From NCBI GenBank assembly GCA_043228905.1, contig JBHGNT010000006.1, positions 17,732,001 to 17,796,000 of the forward strand: a stretch of DNA of 64,000 bases, in the 5' to 3' direction. The first letter of the stretch is position 1, and every line of letters begins with the position of its first letter. The position numbers and the translations under genes were made by a program. This DNA is from Azolla caroliniana. Taxonomy: Eukaryota > Plantae > Polypodiophyta. A model generated the notes under the pieces. It searched no databases. It was given only the letters and a program-made list of their open reading frames with translations, and had not been told where the DNA came from. Below, piece by piece: positions 52,161-64,000 of the stretch.

Positions 52161-55100
52161 TGAAGGATGTACGTAACTATTGCCGTATCCTCTTCTTCGT
52201 TTCTTGTATAACCTGTGGCCTTCTCTTCTCCTTGGAATTATATGCAAAGACGGGTTTTTATTTGTTCCCCTGTGTTTATTTTTATTCACTTCCACTTCCA
52301 TACATAACAATTGCCAACCCCATAAATCCTCCTCATTTGTTTTTGCTCCATTCACATTATTTTTTGCCTTTTTGGCTATGCACACAAAGTTCATGCACTT
52401 CTTCATGCTTATTGCCTTCCTTCTTTCCCAATTACACCTCCTTTGGCCACGCACACTCCGAATGGAGAATTATGTATGTGCCAGATGTGCCCTCTCGATC
52501 CACCGAAGCCACTTTTTATAGAGCTCTACATCAGTTATTGCGAGGTTTGTTATAACCCTACGAGTGGCACTTGAGCCTAGTTTCCATGGGTAGAAGTTAG
52601 AACAATAATAGGGAGAGGGGAACCCTTGGTAGTATTCACCAAATCAATATGTGAACTCCCTTTTATGTACATTGCGTTTTCCTTTTATTTTTATCTCTAT
52701 GTTATTTCTTATTCCATACAGGCCATAAGTTGCAAGCATTGGTATGGAAGTAATATTGGCATATTTGATTGTTTGATTCAGTATGATGTTAACGTTTTGG
52801 ATTCACACTACCATTTGGCATTATTTGTTTAAGGATTCTATCATTCATTCCTCTCCCTTCCGGTCCAACATTCCTTCTTTTTCTGGATTTCATTGAGATT
52901 GATTGACCTGGTCTTTTTGAAATAAAATGCAAAATTTCATTAATTATTTCATTGCATAGTAACTACCAAATGACTAGAACACACAAGGGTAATGCCTAGT
53001 GAAGTAGGTATGAATGTGCACTAAACCTTGGGGGTTGTTGGATACATGAATAGCCTATGAAGTTCCCTTTTCCATGTTCTCCTTCATTTTATTTTCCAAT
53101 CTTCTAATAATCTAGGTCATATTTATGTACTTTATGTCTCTTAAATGCCTCAACTTGCCCTTAATAATTATGTGTGATTATGTATATCAACCCAATGTTT
53201 TCATGTAATTTGCATAAGCAAATGGACATATCATTGTTAGGCTTGGAATAATTGCATTAACAACATCATAATAGACTTTGTGTCATGTGATAATGAGATA
53301 ATACTCAATGATAATAATACAATGTATCCTTACACATCCACCCTTCCCTAGGTGTTTTTAATACGCACAAACATTTCAAGGCGGATCTTCTTTTGGTGCA
53401 TATTACCTAATGGCCTTTGAGAATTATTTAAAGCCTCACTTATTCGGTTGTTTAATGTCAAATGAACCATTTATCCAACAATCACCACCTATGTTTTCAC
53501 CATCATATTCTCCGGATCTTCAAAAAGTTGTGTACTTCCTTGATGGGGCCTGATGTCATCTATACTATGTTTAAAAGGTGGTATGTAATGGAAAATTTGC
53601 ATAGGTCAATGTGAGTCAAACTGGTAAACATTGTGTGGACAATGTATTTCTCTTATGTATAAGAAGGGTTTTTAAACAACCATTAATTTTACCGTTCTTA
53701 CCATTGTTGAGTAAAACAAACAACCACATCTTTGGTAAGCATAAATAAAATATATTAAACCAACACTATCTAAACATGAATCAATTATCTCTATGCGAAA
53801 AGTTATTAACCACATCACTAAGGTATACCAATTCATTCGTGAATATAATCAAAGCATTTATAGAACATAACATTCATGCACGATTTGTTAGGTCCATTGA
53901 CATTAAGAACCTTTTGTATCCGCTCTTTCTTTACCTATTCTTTTTTAAACGTCTATTAAAAATATAACAACGATATTCATATTCGTTTGCAAACTCTATA
54001 CTTGGATCTCATATTCATAGGACATCAAGGGTAAGGTGCACCATATGATAAGAGTAATCGGTTCATGACTCAAGTGTAATTTCAAGATTGCCATTGAACT
54101 AGCTCAATAATAAACCTATATTAGACAAACAAAATGTCACGGCTCACAACAAACAAATCTATATTAGACATCACATAATATGTTTTCGCGAGCTAGTTAC
54201 AACTAAAAATATCAATATCAAGCATAACATGTATATATAATGGAGATCAAATTTCTATATGGGTGATAATTGTTTGTAACATGGAGTTGCCATTAGAATG
54301 ACATTACACAAGTAATTCATCTTAAATTTACATGCATAAAAACAAGTCTACATTTGGAGACCAAAGGATTATTTTCTCGTTAATCTATGAGAAAATTTAA
54401 TTTCTCCATGGTAAGAAAACAACCCATCAGATACCCCGGAAATTTCAACCTTTCCAACCATTCCCCATGCAGTAGACACATTTGCATAATGGAGGGTATT
54501 CTCAGAATTGTTCAACACTTAGAACTCTTTTAATGAACACCCAACAAATGTATTTTTATTGTTTTTGCCCGTTTTTTAATGCAAGATATCCTAAAGCAAC
54601 CATGAAACCTAAATATCACTTCAATTTTTTACGACAATCCATGGAAAAGGCTATTAAAATCAAATGCATAATGCTACCTCAACATCATTGCAATATTAGC
54701 TTTGTCCATTGACAAACTTTTACAATGCTTCAACAACACTTTAAACTTATATATATTCCATGTGCATTTCTACTTCATAACATTGCTTGCCCAATCAAAA
54801 GACATCTTATGACAATACATTTGTTTTTAAGACATACATATAGTATTTCGGTAAGTAGGATTTCTATAGCTAAGATATGACACAACACATACAATTCAAG
54901 CAGTTTAGAAATGCATATTACATATGACATTGCATTTTCATGCTATAGCGTGTTAACATGAAGAAAAACATCAAACTCTAAGTTTATGCAATGTTAAAGG
55001 TTAGGTCAAAGGCATGACCTGAAGGACATATGATGAGATGAGAGTCAAACTAACAAAAAGATATATCTTAATTGCCAAGAGTTGCCCTTGGAATGATAAA

Positions 55101-55380
55101 GTGAATGGAAATGTTGGTTTTAATGGGTCCATAATGGCAATGTGAAATGGATGGTTGTGATGGTCAACATTTTGCTTAGAATGGGCACCTTGGGAAGATA
55201 AGCATAGGCTCATGCTAAAAGAGGTTGCTATTTTTATTTCTGAGAGGAGCTCAAGGAAACTATAAAAGGGAGAAGAAGGACCATTGTTTGTGGCTTTGAT
55301 TTGGTACAAGGCAGAAGTGTTTTTTTTTTTTCCAAAAAAAAACTCCTTCCATTAGTTATAAAATTTTACAAATGAGACGA

Positions 55381-58300
55381 TTATGTACAAATCCCTAAAG
55401 GGACACGATAGTTCCATCTTATGTGGAAGCCCACTGACTCAAGAAAGGGAGAGGACGACCATTGTTGGATGAAGGCTATGCGTTGTCTTTCAACTCCCTC
55501 GGAGCCGCCTTTAAGGCCATCATATTGGCTCTTCAGAGTGGCTACAATTTCACTCCATATCTCTTGCAATAACCTTGTTGGATGGGCGGTTTGGTTGGAG
55601 AAGACTCGCCTACATCATTGTTTCCATAAAATCCAAAGTTTTATTGGGCTGACCAATTCCAACACCTCTTGAGATTTGTTATTAAGAGGAATAGAGTGGA
55701 CATTGCCGTTGGAGGAGAAAAGGACCCCTTGTGCTTTTATCACCAAAGTCATCCCCTCCTCCTGATGCTCGTATCGGCCAATTGCAACCTGCCATGATAG
55801 CCAACATATATTTCCCCACTTGATTAAACCTTGCACCTGGCATAATTGCAACAAGCGGCCAACCCCCCGCCATATTCTATGGGACGTTGGGCAGTCCCAC
55901 AGAGCGTGTCGTATGGATTCTACTGCATGTGGGCACTCTACACAATTAGGAGAGCTAAGGTTCCCACGTTGCCATGCTCCCACCGGTAGGGACTTATGTA
56001 TTAACAGCCATTGGAAAGTGGTAATTCGCCTCGCGTGTTGTTGCTTCTAGATTTTTTGCCAAAACTTGGTGATTATTGCGGAGAGAACTTGAAATGTGTG
56101 CCAGACCTTCGCAGCAGCCAGTTCTCGGGCGGCTTGAGCAGCTAGAATGTGGCGACCCAATCTAGTTGTGAATTGGAAGAAAGGGATGGGTTTGCTTCCT
56201 TGCCCCGCGTAGGGATCACGCCATGTCCATTGCAAAGGGTCCCAACTGACCTTACGTAGCCATGTGTTTTCATGAGTACATATATGCCAATCGGGTTGTA
56301 CTTTGATCGGATCAGGATCTACAATCCATTTATGACCAGTGTACGCGAGTACTCGAATGGCGTTATTCTGTGTTGGTGTCTCAGTGTCTCACAATTCAGG
56401 GCCTTCAAGTCTGTCTGGTGATCCCCTACCTCTCGGGATCAAAGAACCCTCCTCCTTGTGGCCTATCCATTTCTCCATTGTCGTCCTTTGAGTAGCAGAT
56501 TCCCTAATTAGTAGAGCGTTAATGATTTCCGATCTCATAGTCCATCCGCCCTTGATTCCATGGAGTATGTTTGCTTGATCTTGTAGTGGTATTGACATAA
56601 ACCGTCGCCAACATTCTATACTTTTGCCTGGACCTTCTGCAATGTATCCCCATGACAACCCCTTACGTGATCCCAGTAGTTGATTAGATTCATCCTTGAA
56701 ACATGGGTTCCATAGGATACGTTGACTGAGCCAGGCAGGTTCTGATCTCGGTTGATCACACTTGAGCCCTCGACGAATGTCACACCATGCCTTCCACATG
56801 GATGCACCGAATGTATCCTCCAAATGGCGGGAAAAACTAGGTTTGAGATCCATGTTTAGAATCCATCCTGTTTGGGGGGCCCAATTGACCCCTTTTCGTG
56901 GCCTAAAGTAAGCGAAACGTAACCTCAGTAGCATTTTCCAACAATCATTTCCTGGTTGGAGTCCTCGCACCACAAATTTGGCAAGTAAGGCTTTCGATTG
57001 TGAAAGGGGATCAATAAGACCCAATCCCCCTCTCGACTTAGGCGTTGTGAGTATAGGCCACGCCACCTTGGCGCGAGCTAAATGGTCTTCCTTACCAGAC
57101 CAAATGTAGTTGCGGACCAATCGTTGAATCTGATGTATACTTTCCTTAGAGATTGTCTAGCATGATAGACTATACCATGTTGTTGCGAGGAGTACCTGAT
57201 TTGCCACTATGATGCGACCTGCTAGCGACAATTTTTTCGAGCTCCAATGTATCAACTTTTGTTGAATGGAAAGGATAATGGGTGCAATCATAGTCTCCTG
57301 CGGTATGTTGAAACCAATTTGGAAGCCCAAATATTTGGTGCTCACTCCTTGATTGATCCATTTGAAAGCGGGGTGTGGGTGCCACGCCGAATGTGTTTCC
57401 TGAGAGAGCCATATTGCACAGGATTTGTGCCAATTGATCATGACATTGGATCGCTTGCAAAATAAAGCTAGCCCACTTTCTAGCTTTTGGAGGTTTTCCA
57501 GGTCCCCTTGCAAGTAGACTGTTGTGTCATCTGCAAATTCTATATCCAGGATGCTTTGGTAAGAATGAGGTATGGGAAGACCACGTAGGTTGAGATGCCG
57601 CGAGTTGAGAAAACAAGAGAGTGCTTCGGCGTATAATAGAAATAAGGATGGAGCTAGTGGGCATCCCTGCCGTACAGAGCGGGATATTCGGAAAAAGGGG
57701 CCCCTTTCACTTGCTAGCGAAAAGCAAATGCTGCCATTCCTATAAAATCCCGCAATGCCTTTGATCCATGTCTCTTGAAAGCCAAGTTTCCTCATCACAC
57801 TTTCTAGAAAGTTCCAGCATACCTTGTCATATGCTTTCTCAAAATCTAGTAGCACCACCACTACCTTCTTGTTGGTTTGCTTGGCAAGGGCTACTGCTTC
57901 CCAGAATGAGAAGAGGTTGTCTAGGATGCTCCAATTTCTAACGAAACCTGTCTAGGATGGATGAATGAGTTGAGGGAGAAGTGGAGTTAAACGGCATGCC
58001 ACAATTTTTGCAAGCAATTTATAGACAGTATTGAGAAGAGTAATGGGCCGCCACTTGTGAATGTCGTTGGCATTCCCACCACTTTTAGGAATGAGATGTA
58101 TCATCCCCTATCCAAATTCCTCCGGCATGCTTCCAGAGGTGATGATCTCCTCATATGCCTGGAGGAGTTCTTCTTTAATAGTGCTCCAAAGGCATGTGAA
58201 AAAGTGTGGGGTGAGACCGTCAATTCCGGGACAGCTCTCGGCATCTAAATCAGTGAGGGCCTCCCATATCTCAATGATTGATAGGGGACGCACGAGCCAG

Positions 58301-59668
58301 GTATTCATTTCCAGCGTGACTTTCTCGGGTATGCTTTGGAGGATAATATCATCGCTTATGTCTTCCCCTGTAGCTATAATGTCTTCGGTAAGTAGGCAGC
58401 CATAATACCTTGTGGCAATATTCCTCATTTCGTCGCCATCCTCAGTGGTCGTTCCATCCTCCCGGTTGAGGCTGCGCATCACAGTTCTAGCGTGCCTCGG
58501 GCCTTTGGAGCAGAAGAATTCCTTTGTGGTTTTGTCCCCTACTCGAATCCATCACGCCATGCTGCCATGAAACTCCATGTCATATATTGCCTTTTCTGCC
58601 ATGCTAAGTTCTTGTTTCGCCGTGGCGAATTGTCCTGCAATCCAAATACATGATGGGTATCTCTGTTGGAGTCGTTGTAAGGCTATTAGTCCCCGTTTTG
58701 TCCTTTGTCGCTTCTCCTGAGCATCCTTGCGTCTGGTCTTGACAATCACATGTAGGAGAGTAGAGGATCTTGTTAATTTAGCTAAAAGTTTGTCCGATGC
58801 TAATGAGCCATTGACGGGTAATGACCGTTGGTTGGATAGTTGGTCCTTCACGTCTATAAGTGTGTGGGATGCGAGTCTGGAATGGGCCCCATTTTCGGTA
58901 CAATTGAAAATGACCAGCTACCGGGTAATGGTCAGAGAAAGTCGTGCCTGGAGTTATGCGACACCACCCTCCCTTCGCTTCTAAAGCCTCCCCCACATAA
59001 ATGTGGTCAATGCGAGATAGGGTGGGTCCACTATTCCGCCCGTCTAATCGGGAGAATAGGAGAGAATCCCTTTTCCGTTGGAAGTTGGCATAATGCCAGA
59101 TGTCTCGCAGGTTAAGGTGGACACATAGCTTCTCCCATTGTTTGCGTTCCCTTCCTTGTAGAACTATGGGGTTGTTGTTGGAGCTATCATGAATGGATTC
59201 GATCATATTAAAATCCCTTCCAATGCACCACTCTTCTGCACCCACTACTTGTAGGCGGATGCGGTCCCAGAATTTTGCTCTTTCTATTCTATTATTTGGA
59301 GCATAAACATTCATGAAGTTCCATCGTTGCCCTTGGATGGTCATCGTGCAAAAATGTGCCCTACCAGGTATAAGTGATCCTCGGTGTATTAAGCCTTGGG
59401 CTAGATGTTCCCGAATCAAAGTGCAAATACCACCATGATTTCCATCCTCCCCAATTGTTGGCTCCCAAATCGTTCGCCATGATCCTGGTAGAAGGTCTCT
59501 GACTTCCTTTAACTGCGTGCTATCGAGGTGGTGTTCCTGCAACATGATGATGTCAGCACCACTCCCTAGTAAATATTCTTCAAGATCCCTTCTCATTTTC
59601 CATCTATTTTGCTGGTCTAGTCTACTTCTAAGTCCTTGCACATTCCATGTTATAATCTTCATGCTCAT
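55381..59668 (-). pseudogene. LINE ORF2 (APE endonuclease, RT, zinc finger)
   Basis: MKIITWNVQGL, LQEHH, DFN, SDH, LDFEKAYD, RQGCPLAP, FADD, CVEC..HALWDC, with frameshifts and stops. Confidence 0.92.
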
Positions 59669-61404
59669 GGAATGGGGTGGGAGGTTGCCAGTTGTGCCTG
59701 GTGCTTTGTACAGCAAGTCGTGAGTGGGGAGCACTTACCATTTAGACATCCAGTCATTTCCAGGGATGGAATAGTGGTCCACATCCATGAGTGGAGTTTG
59801 TGGGCTATCTTGTGAGCTTCAATCGCCCCTTCATGCTTCTCATAGAAATAGACAAAGCTTGGAGTTAGTTGGGTGTCTATGATAGTCCGCAAGTGGATGT
59901 GGCAAAGATGGGGGTCCTCTTCATCCATGGTGCACCAGAATTCAGTGTTATGCCAATGTTGCTTTAGTTCATTCATGAGCTCTTCATCTCTTATTTGTGC
60001 TACAAAGCACGTTGCTTGGCTACATAACATATCTTTAATCTTGGATTTCGACCAATCTTCCTGAGTCGGAAGCAAGAGTGGAAAGGAGATTGAGGTCGTC
60101 GGAACTCCGTTACTGTGCACCGCTAATACATGTACCCTTATTTTTTCCACTGTCTTGAGCCCTATACGTAGCCATTTCAAGGCGTTTTGTGGGTGTGGTT
60201 CAAGGTTTTGGCTAGAGGAAGCACACTCATTTGTGTCCGAGACGACTATGATTTGAGGCGTGACATTCACACTTTTTCCTTGGGTTGTTGCTTCTGCATT
60301 GGGTGTCGTTCCACTCAAGCTCCTTATTAGGGTCTTTACATGACTTATTCGTCTGCGTTTCCCTATTTTGTAAGCTTTAACGAGAACTTTCTCTTGTGTG
60401 CTTGGTGTCACCTTAGGTCGTTCCTTGGGGCTTATGAAAGAACTAGGGGAATGCTCATCTGTGGGGGGGAGCTCTTGTAGTAGATCAAAGCAATTGGGGC
60501 TCATAGGTGATGGAGGTTTCTATGCCGATGATGTTTTTCGAAGGACACGGGTTTTTTCCACCAGTCACCATTCCATCACAGCCTTGTCGGATCGTGGTGG
60601 GGGAGGCTTTTGATGTCTTATGGTATCCTGACCTTCCAGAGTCTCCTTTGTAGGATCTTTAATACGTCTTGTGGGGCAATTCTTTTTTAAATGACCAAGT
60701 TTTTTGCATGCAAAACATTGCCCCGATGCGCCAATCACTTCTATGTGTTGTTCAATTCGCATTCCTTTTTTCCCGGGAATGAGGATCTTGGAGGGAAGTT
60801 TATTGATGTCCTGCACCAAGAGGCGGATAGAGGGAGGGCCTAGGTGCTTCTTTAGTCTGTCTGCTAGTGTTAGTTCCTCATCCAACATCATCCCAAAGGA
60901 GTTGCCAATAGTAGGAAGTAACATCATGATGTTATATTGTAAGGATAGTCCAGGAAACAACATTGTTACCTTTTTCATGGAGTCATCCTGTTGTGCGGCT
61001 TTCTTTGGGTTAAAACCATGTGTCCATTTACGCATGAACAACCATGTATTTCAGAGCTGGCAGGGGGAAAGTGCTATGAGGTTCGTTGCAAACTCCTTGT
61101 CTTCTAGTATGATTTGATAGAAGCCTTTACCAAGCGGTTGGACTTCTTTTATACCACGGAGTTGTGAATGAAATTGAGCTTGTAACATATCTCGCAACAA
61201 CCCTCTGTTTGGTCGTGATCCCATCACTCGGCATATGACCATTATTCGTTCAAGGCGCTCTATCTCTTTCTCAAGTAGAAGCATCTCTTCGTTGTTGAAA
61301 ATAATCTCAACAGGACCCCCGCTATCAGAGATGTTTTTTCCGTTATCGATCGAGGGGCCTGTTGGTGCAATGTGTTCGACAGTGGCGATGTTTGAAGGTG
61401 CCAT
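59665..61404 (-). pseudogene. LINE ORF1 (RRM/DUF4283-like plus CCHC knuckle)
   Basis: ICRVMGSRPN..LGKGFYQI and CFACKKLGHLKKNC. Confidence 0.8.
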
Positions 61405-61462
61405 TAGTGATAAAATCGGACTGCATCTCTTTCTCTCTTCTCCTTCTTTTTTATTTTTTTTT

Positions 61463-61750
61463 TTGGGGGGGGGGAGGGGGGTGTCACTTGTCGAAACTAT
61501 TGAATGGGTGTAGGAACAATTGCTAGTATTGTGTGGAATGGGGGGGGGGGGGGTTGTCACTCCTCGAACAGTGGGGGAGTGGGGGGGTTTCACTCCTTGA
61601 AAAGTGGGGGGGTTTCACTCCTCGAACTGTGTGTGTGTGTGTGTGTGTTGGGGGGGGGGGGGGGGGGGGTTCGCTCCTCAAACAATGTTTTGGGGGGGGG
61701 TTCACTCCTCAAACCTACTCCTCCTCGAACAGTGGGGGAGGTGTGAGAGG
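61463..61750 (+). repeat. G-run minisatellite
   Basis: About seven units of G(n)-tt(t/g)cactcctcgaaca plus a (TG)n tract. Confidence 0.8.
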
Positions 61751-61762
61751 AAACCCTAAATG

Positions 61763-64000
61763 ATGGCGTCCTCACGAAACTGAGGAGGAGGATGCAGCAA
61801 CGGTGGGGAGGAGAGGCGTCTGTGTCAATGAGCAGTGGGAGGTTTTTGGACCCTCACGTTTCCGCTGCTTCGGCTTCGGCTCCGGCTCCTGCTCCTGCTC
61901 CGGTTCCGGTTCCGTTTCCGCTGCCTACCGGCGCGAGTCAACCCTCCTGCGCCACTGCTCCAATCTGAGTTTCATTCTAATGGAGTTTGTGATCCTTTTG
62001 TATCACAGCGATTGACCCCGGAGGAAGAAGAACGCTCTAAGATAGCGGAATTTGGCGTCACATTGGAGGGACCAGCAGCAAGATGGCGCCGGACGCAGGA
62101 CCCGTCTACCATCAACACCTTTGCAGATTTAAAAGCTAAATTCTTGCATTTTTTTCAAAAGGAGGTGGACCAGACCGTAATGGTAGGCTTATTTTATACC
62201 ATCCGGCAAGAGGCAGGGGAGAGCATTCCCCAATTTGTCATCCGCTTTCAACGGATGCATAGTCAGCTTGCCCGCGCACCCCCGGAGGAGGAATTACGGA
62301 CTATATTCCTAAACGCGCTCCGGGAACCCCTACGCACGGTTTGCACGGTAATCGACTTCCCACAAGTACCATCGACCAGGTCATTGACCGGGTGAGAGAG
62401 ATGGAAAAGACAAGCTCCTGGCTCACACTGGGAGCACTTCAACGGGCGTTACCGTCCGATGAAGACCTCCGGTTTCGGCAAGCAATATAGTGCACAACCT
62501 GCTTGAATTCCGGACACTCGGCTCTAGAATGCACTATGAGGACGCAATGTGTAATCTGTCAATCCAAGAGCCATACGACGGATAGGTGCGAGTATAATCT
62601 GTTGAATCAGCAAGCACCGCCCGTCCGACAAATTGAGCCACGCAGCAGCCGGGATGAAGAAGACGAACGCTGGCGGCGAATGGACCGTGACCGACCAGCA
62701 CAGGATGTCCGGTATGGCGATCGACGGGAAAATGATGTCCGGTACCAGGATTACAATAGACGATACAAACATTACGACCGGGAGCACTCCCCCAGGTATC
62801 ATCAGCAACAGGAGGAATACGGCAGATATAACGGGCAACCTCGTCAAGAGTACCGTAATAAGAAGAGCTATAACAAAAAACGAGGAGCTATAACGGGCAA
62901 CCCCGGCTACCCTCGGGATCCGGAACAAGGAGCTCCAAGCAGCCAACCCGTACAAAACCTTGCTCGTACCGCAGGACCTGCCCTGGGTACAACAGACAAT
63001 GCCGAATCTAGCAATACCCGAAAGGCCTACTGCTACTACTGCCGATAGGAAGGCCATTATAGTAACCAATGCCCGGTGAAGAGCTATGAAAAACGACCAG
63101 CAGTAAATATGGTAGTCCCTGAGGTGGCAGATCTGCGGCAGGTGACCACAAGGTCGAAGGGCATGGCCAAAGAATGGGAGACACAGGAGACCATCCGGAA
63201 ACAAGCAACGGAATGGGTAAAGAAAGCAAACGAGCAGAATGTCACAGACTTACAGCGGCAAAAGGAGAACACCGCAGGGCTTGCTGGCGGTAGTCACTCC
63301 GAGAACGAGACATGGCAGGCGTTGCAAGAATGCTAGATTACGTTACCACTAGGAAGACTCCTACAACTCGTGCCAAGATTCACGGAAGGACTGAAGACGG
63401 CCATGACGGCAGGAGAACCATCACCGGCACCGGTACTCTTCTCGAATCCGGAGGAGGGACCAACGGTGGTGGACACCAGCAGTCCGGTAATCACGGCCAT
63501 TGTAAAAGGGAAAGAACTCCCCGGCACAGTTATAGATGGAGGCTCTGGGGTAAATGTAATAAGCCTCCGGACGTGTGATGACCTAGGAATCCACAAGTGG
63601 GAGCCGTGTCCGTTCTGGTTGCGGATGGCCGATACAAGCTCAGTGCGGCCGACAAGATTAATACGGAAATTAGAAGTCACCGTCAGCGGTCATACATTTC
63701 ACATCTCGGCCGTAGTGCTACAATTACAGGCATAAGGCGCATACCCGCTGTTGTTGGGGCGGCCATGGTTGAAAACGGCACATATCAAACAGAATTGGCG
63801 AAAAAATATAATTACCTTCCGGTGAGGAAAAGCCAAGGTACGGGTACCAACACAGCCAAGGACGAGCACTGGCAAGGAATGTACACCGTTGTATGAGGAA
63901 TGCGTCAACATGCTAGAAGGGTTAGCGGACGAAGAAGAAGCTCAGTACCTGCAGGAAAACCCGAAGATCATACCCCTCTTCGAAATTGACATTGCCGAAG
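61763..64000 (+). mobile_element. Ty3/gypsy gag-protease region, decayed, running off the window
   Basis: Gag TLEGPAARW..IRQEAGESIPQF, three Cys/His knuckles, protease VIDGGSGVNV and LLLGRPWL. Confidence 0.85.

Larger units (their letters stand above)
55320..61760 (-). mobile_element. Near full-length decayed L1-clade LINE
   Basis: Poly(A) as a T-run at 55320-55331, ORF2 and ORF1 remnants, and a repetitive 5' region. The 5' boundary is uncertain and no TSD was found. Confidence 0.88.

Noticed and set aside
52068-52555. Overlapping 113-131 aa ORFs upstream of ACP
   Set aside because: Low-complexity 5' region. Only 52160-52095 fits the spliced ACP model.
53270-53720. Coding-looking decayed stretch
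   Set aside because: Too degraded to assign by eye.
62524-63204. 226-aa minus-strand hydrophobic ORF
   Set aside because: Antisense shadow of the gypsy gag.

Overview
Eukaryotic, land-plant-type DNA, probably from a non-seed plant (an inference from the LTR lineages and intron style). It is mostly a nested retrotransposon graveyard with one intact host gene, a 4-exon plastid acyl carrier protein at 50708-52160 (-). A decayed Copia (~6970-42534, -) hosts a tRNA-Trp-primed Ty3/gypsy element (7286-33331), a solo LTR and a near-complete chromovirus. The Trp-primed element hosts chromovirus copies, which in turn host another gypsy and a young Copia. Further right are gypsy fragments and a near full-length L1 LINE. 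Four observations stand out. (1) An intron-containing relic of a bacterial-type beta-class N4C/N6A DNA methyltransferase lies at ~0.8-2.6 kb. (2) Five different LTR types carry an antisense tRNA-like (Pol III A/B-box) module upstream of the TATA box. (3) One chromovirus has a heat-shock-element array and a Tf1-like self-priming signature. (4) All insertions of the Trp-primed-type family have 4-bp, CpG-centred target site duplications. Coordinates were read by eye and no database searches were run.
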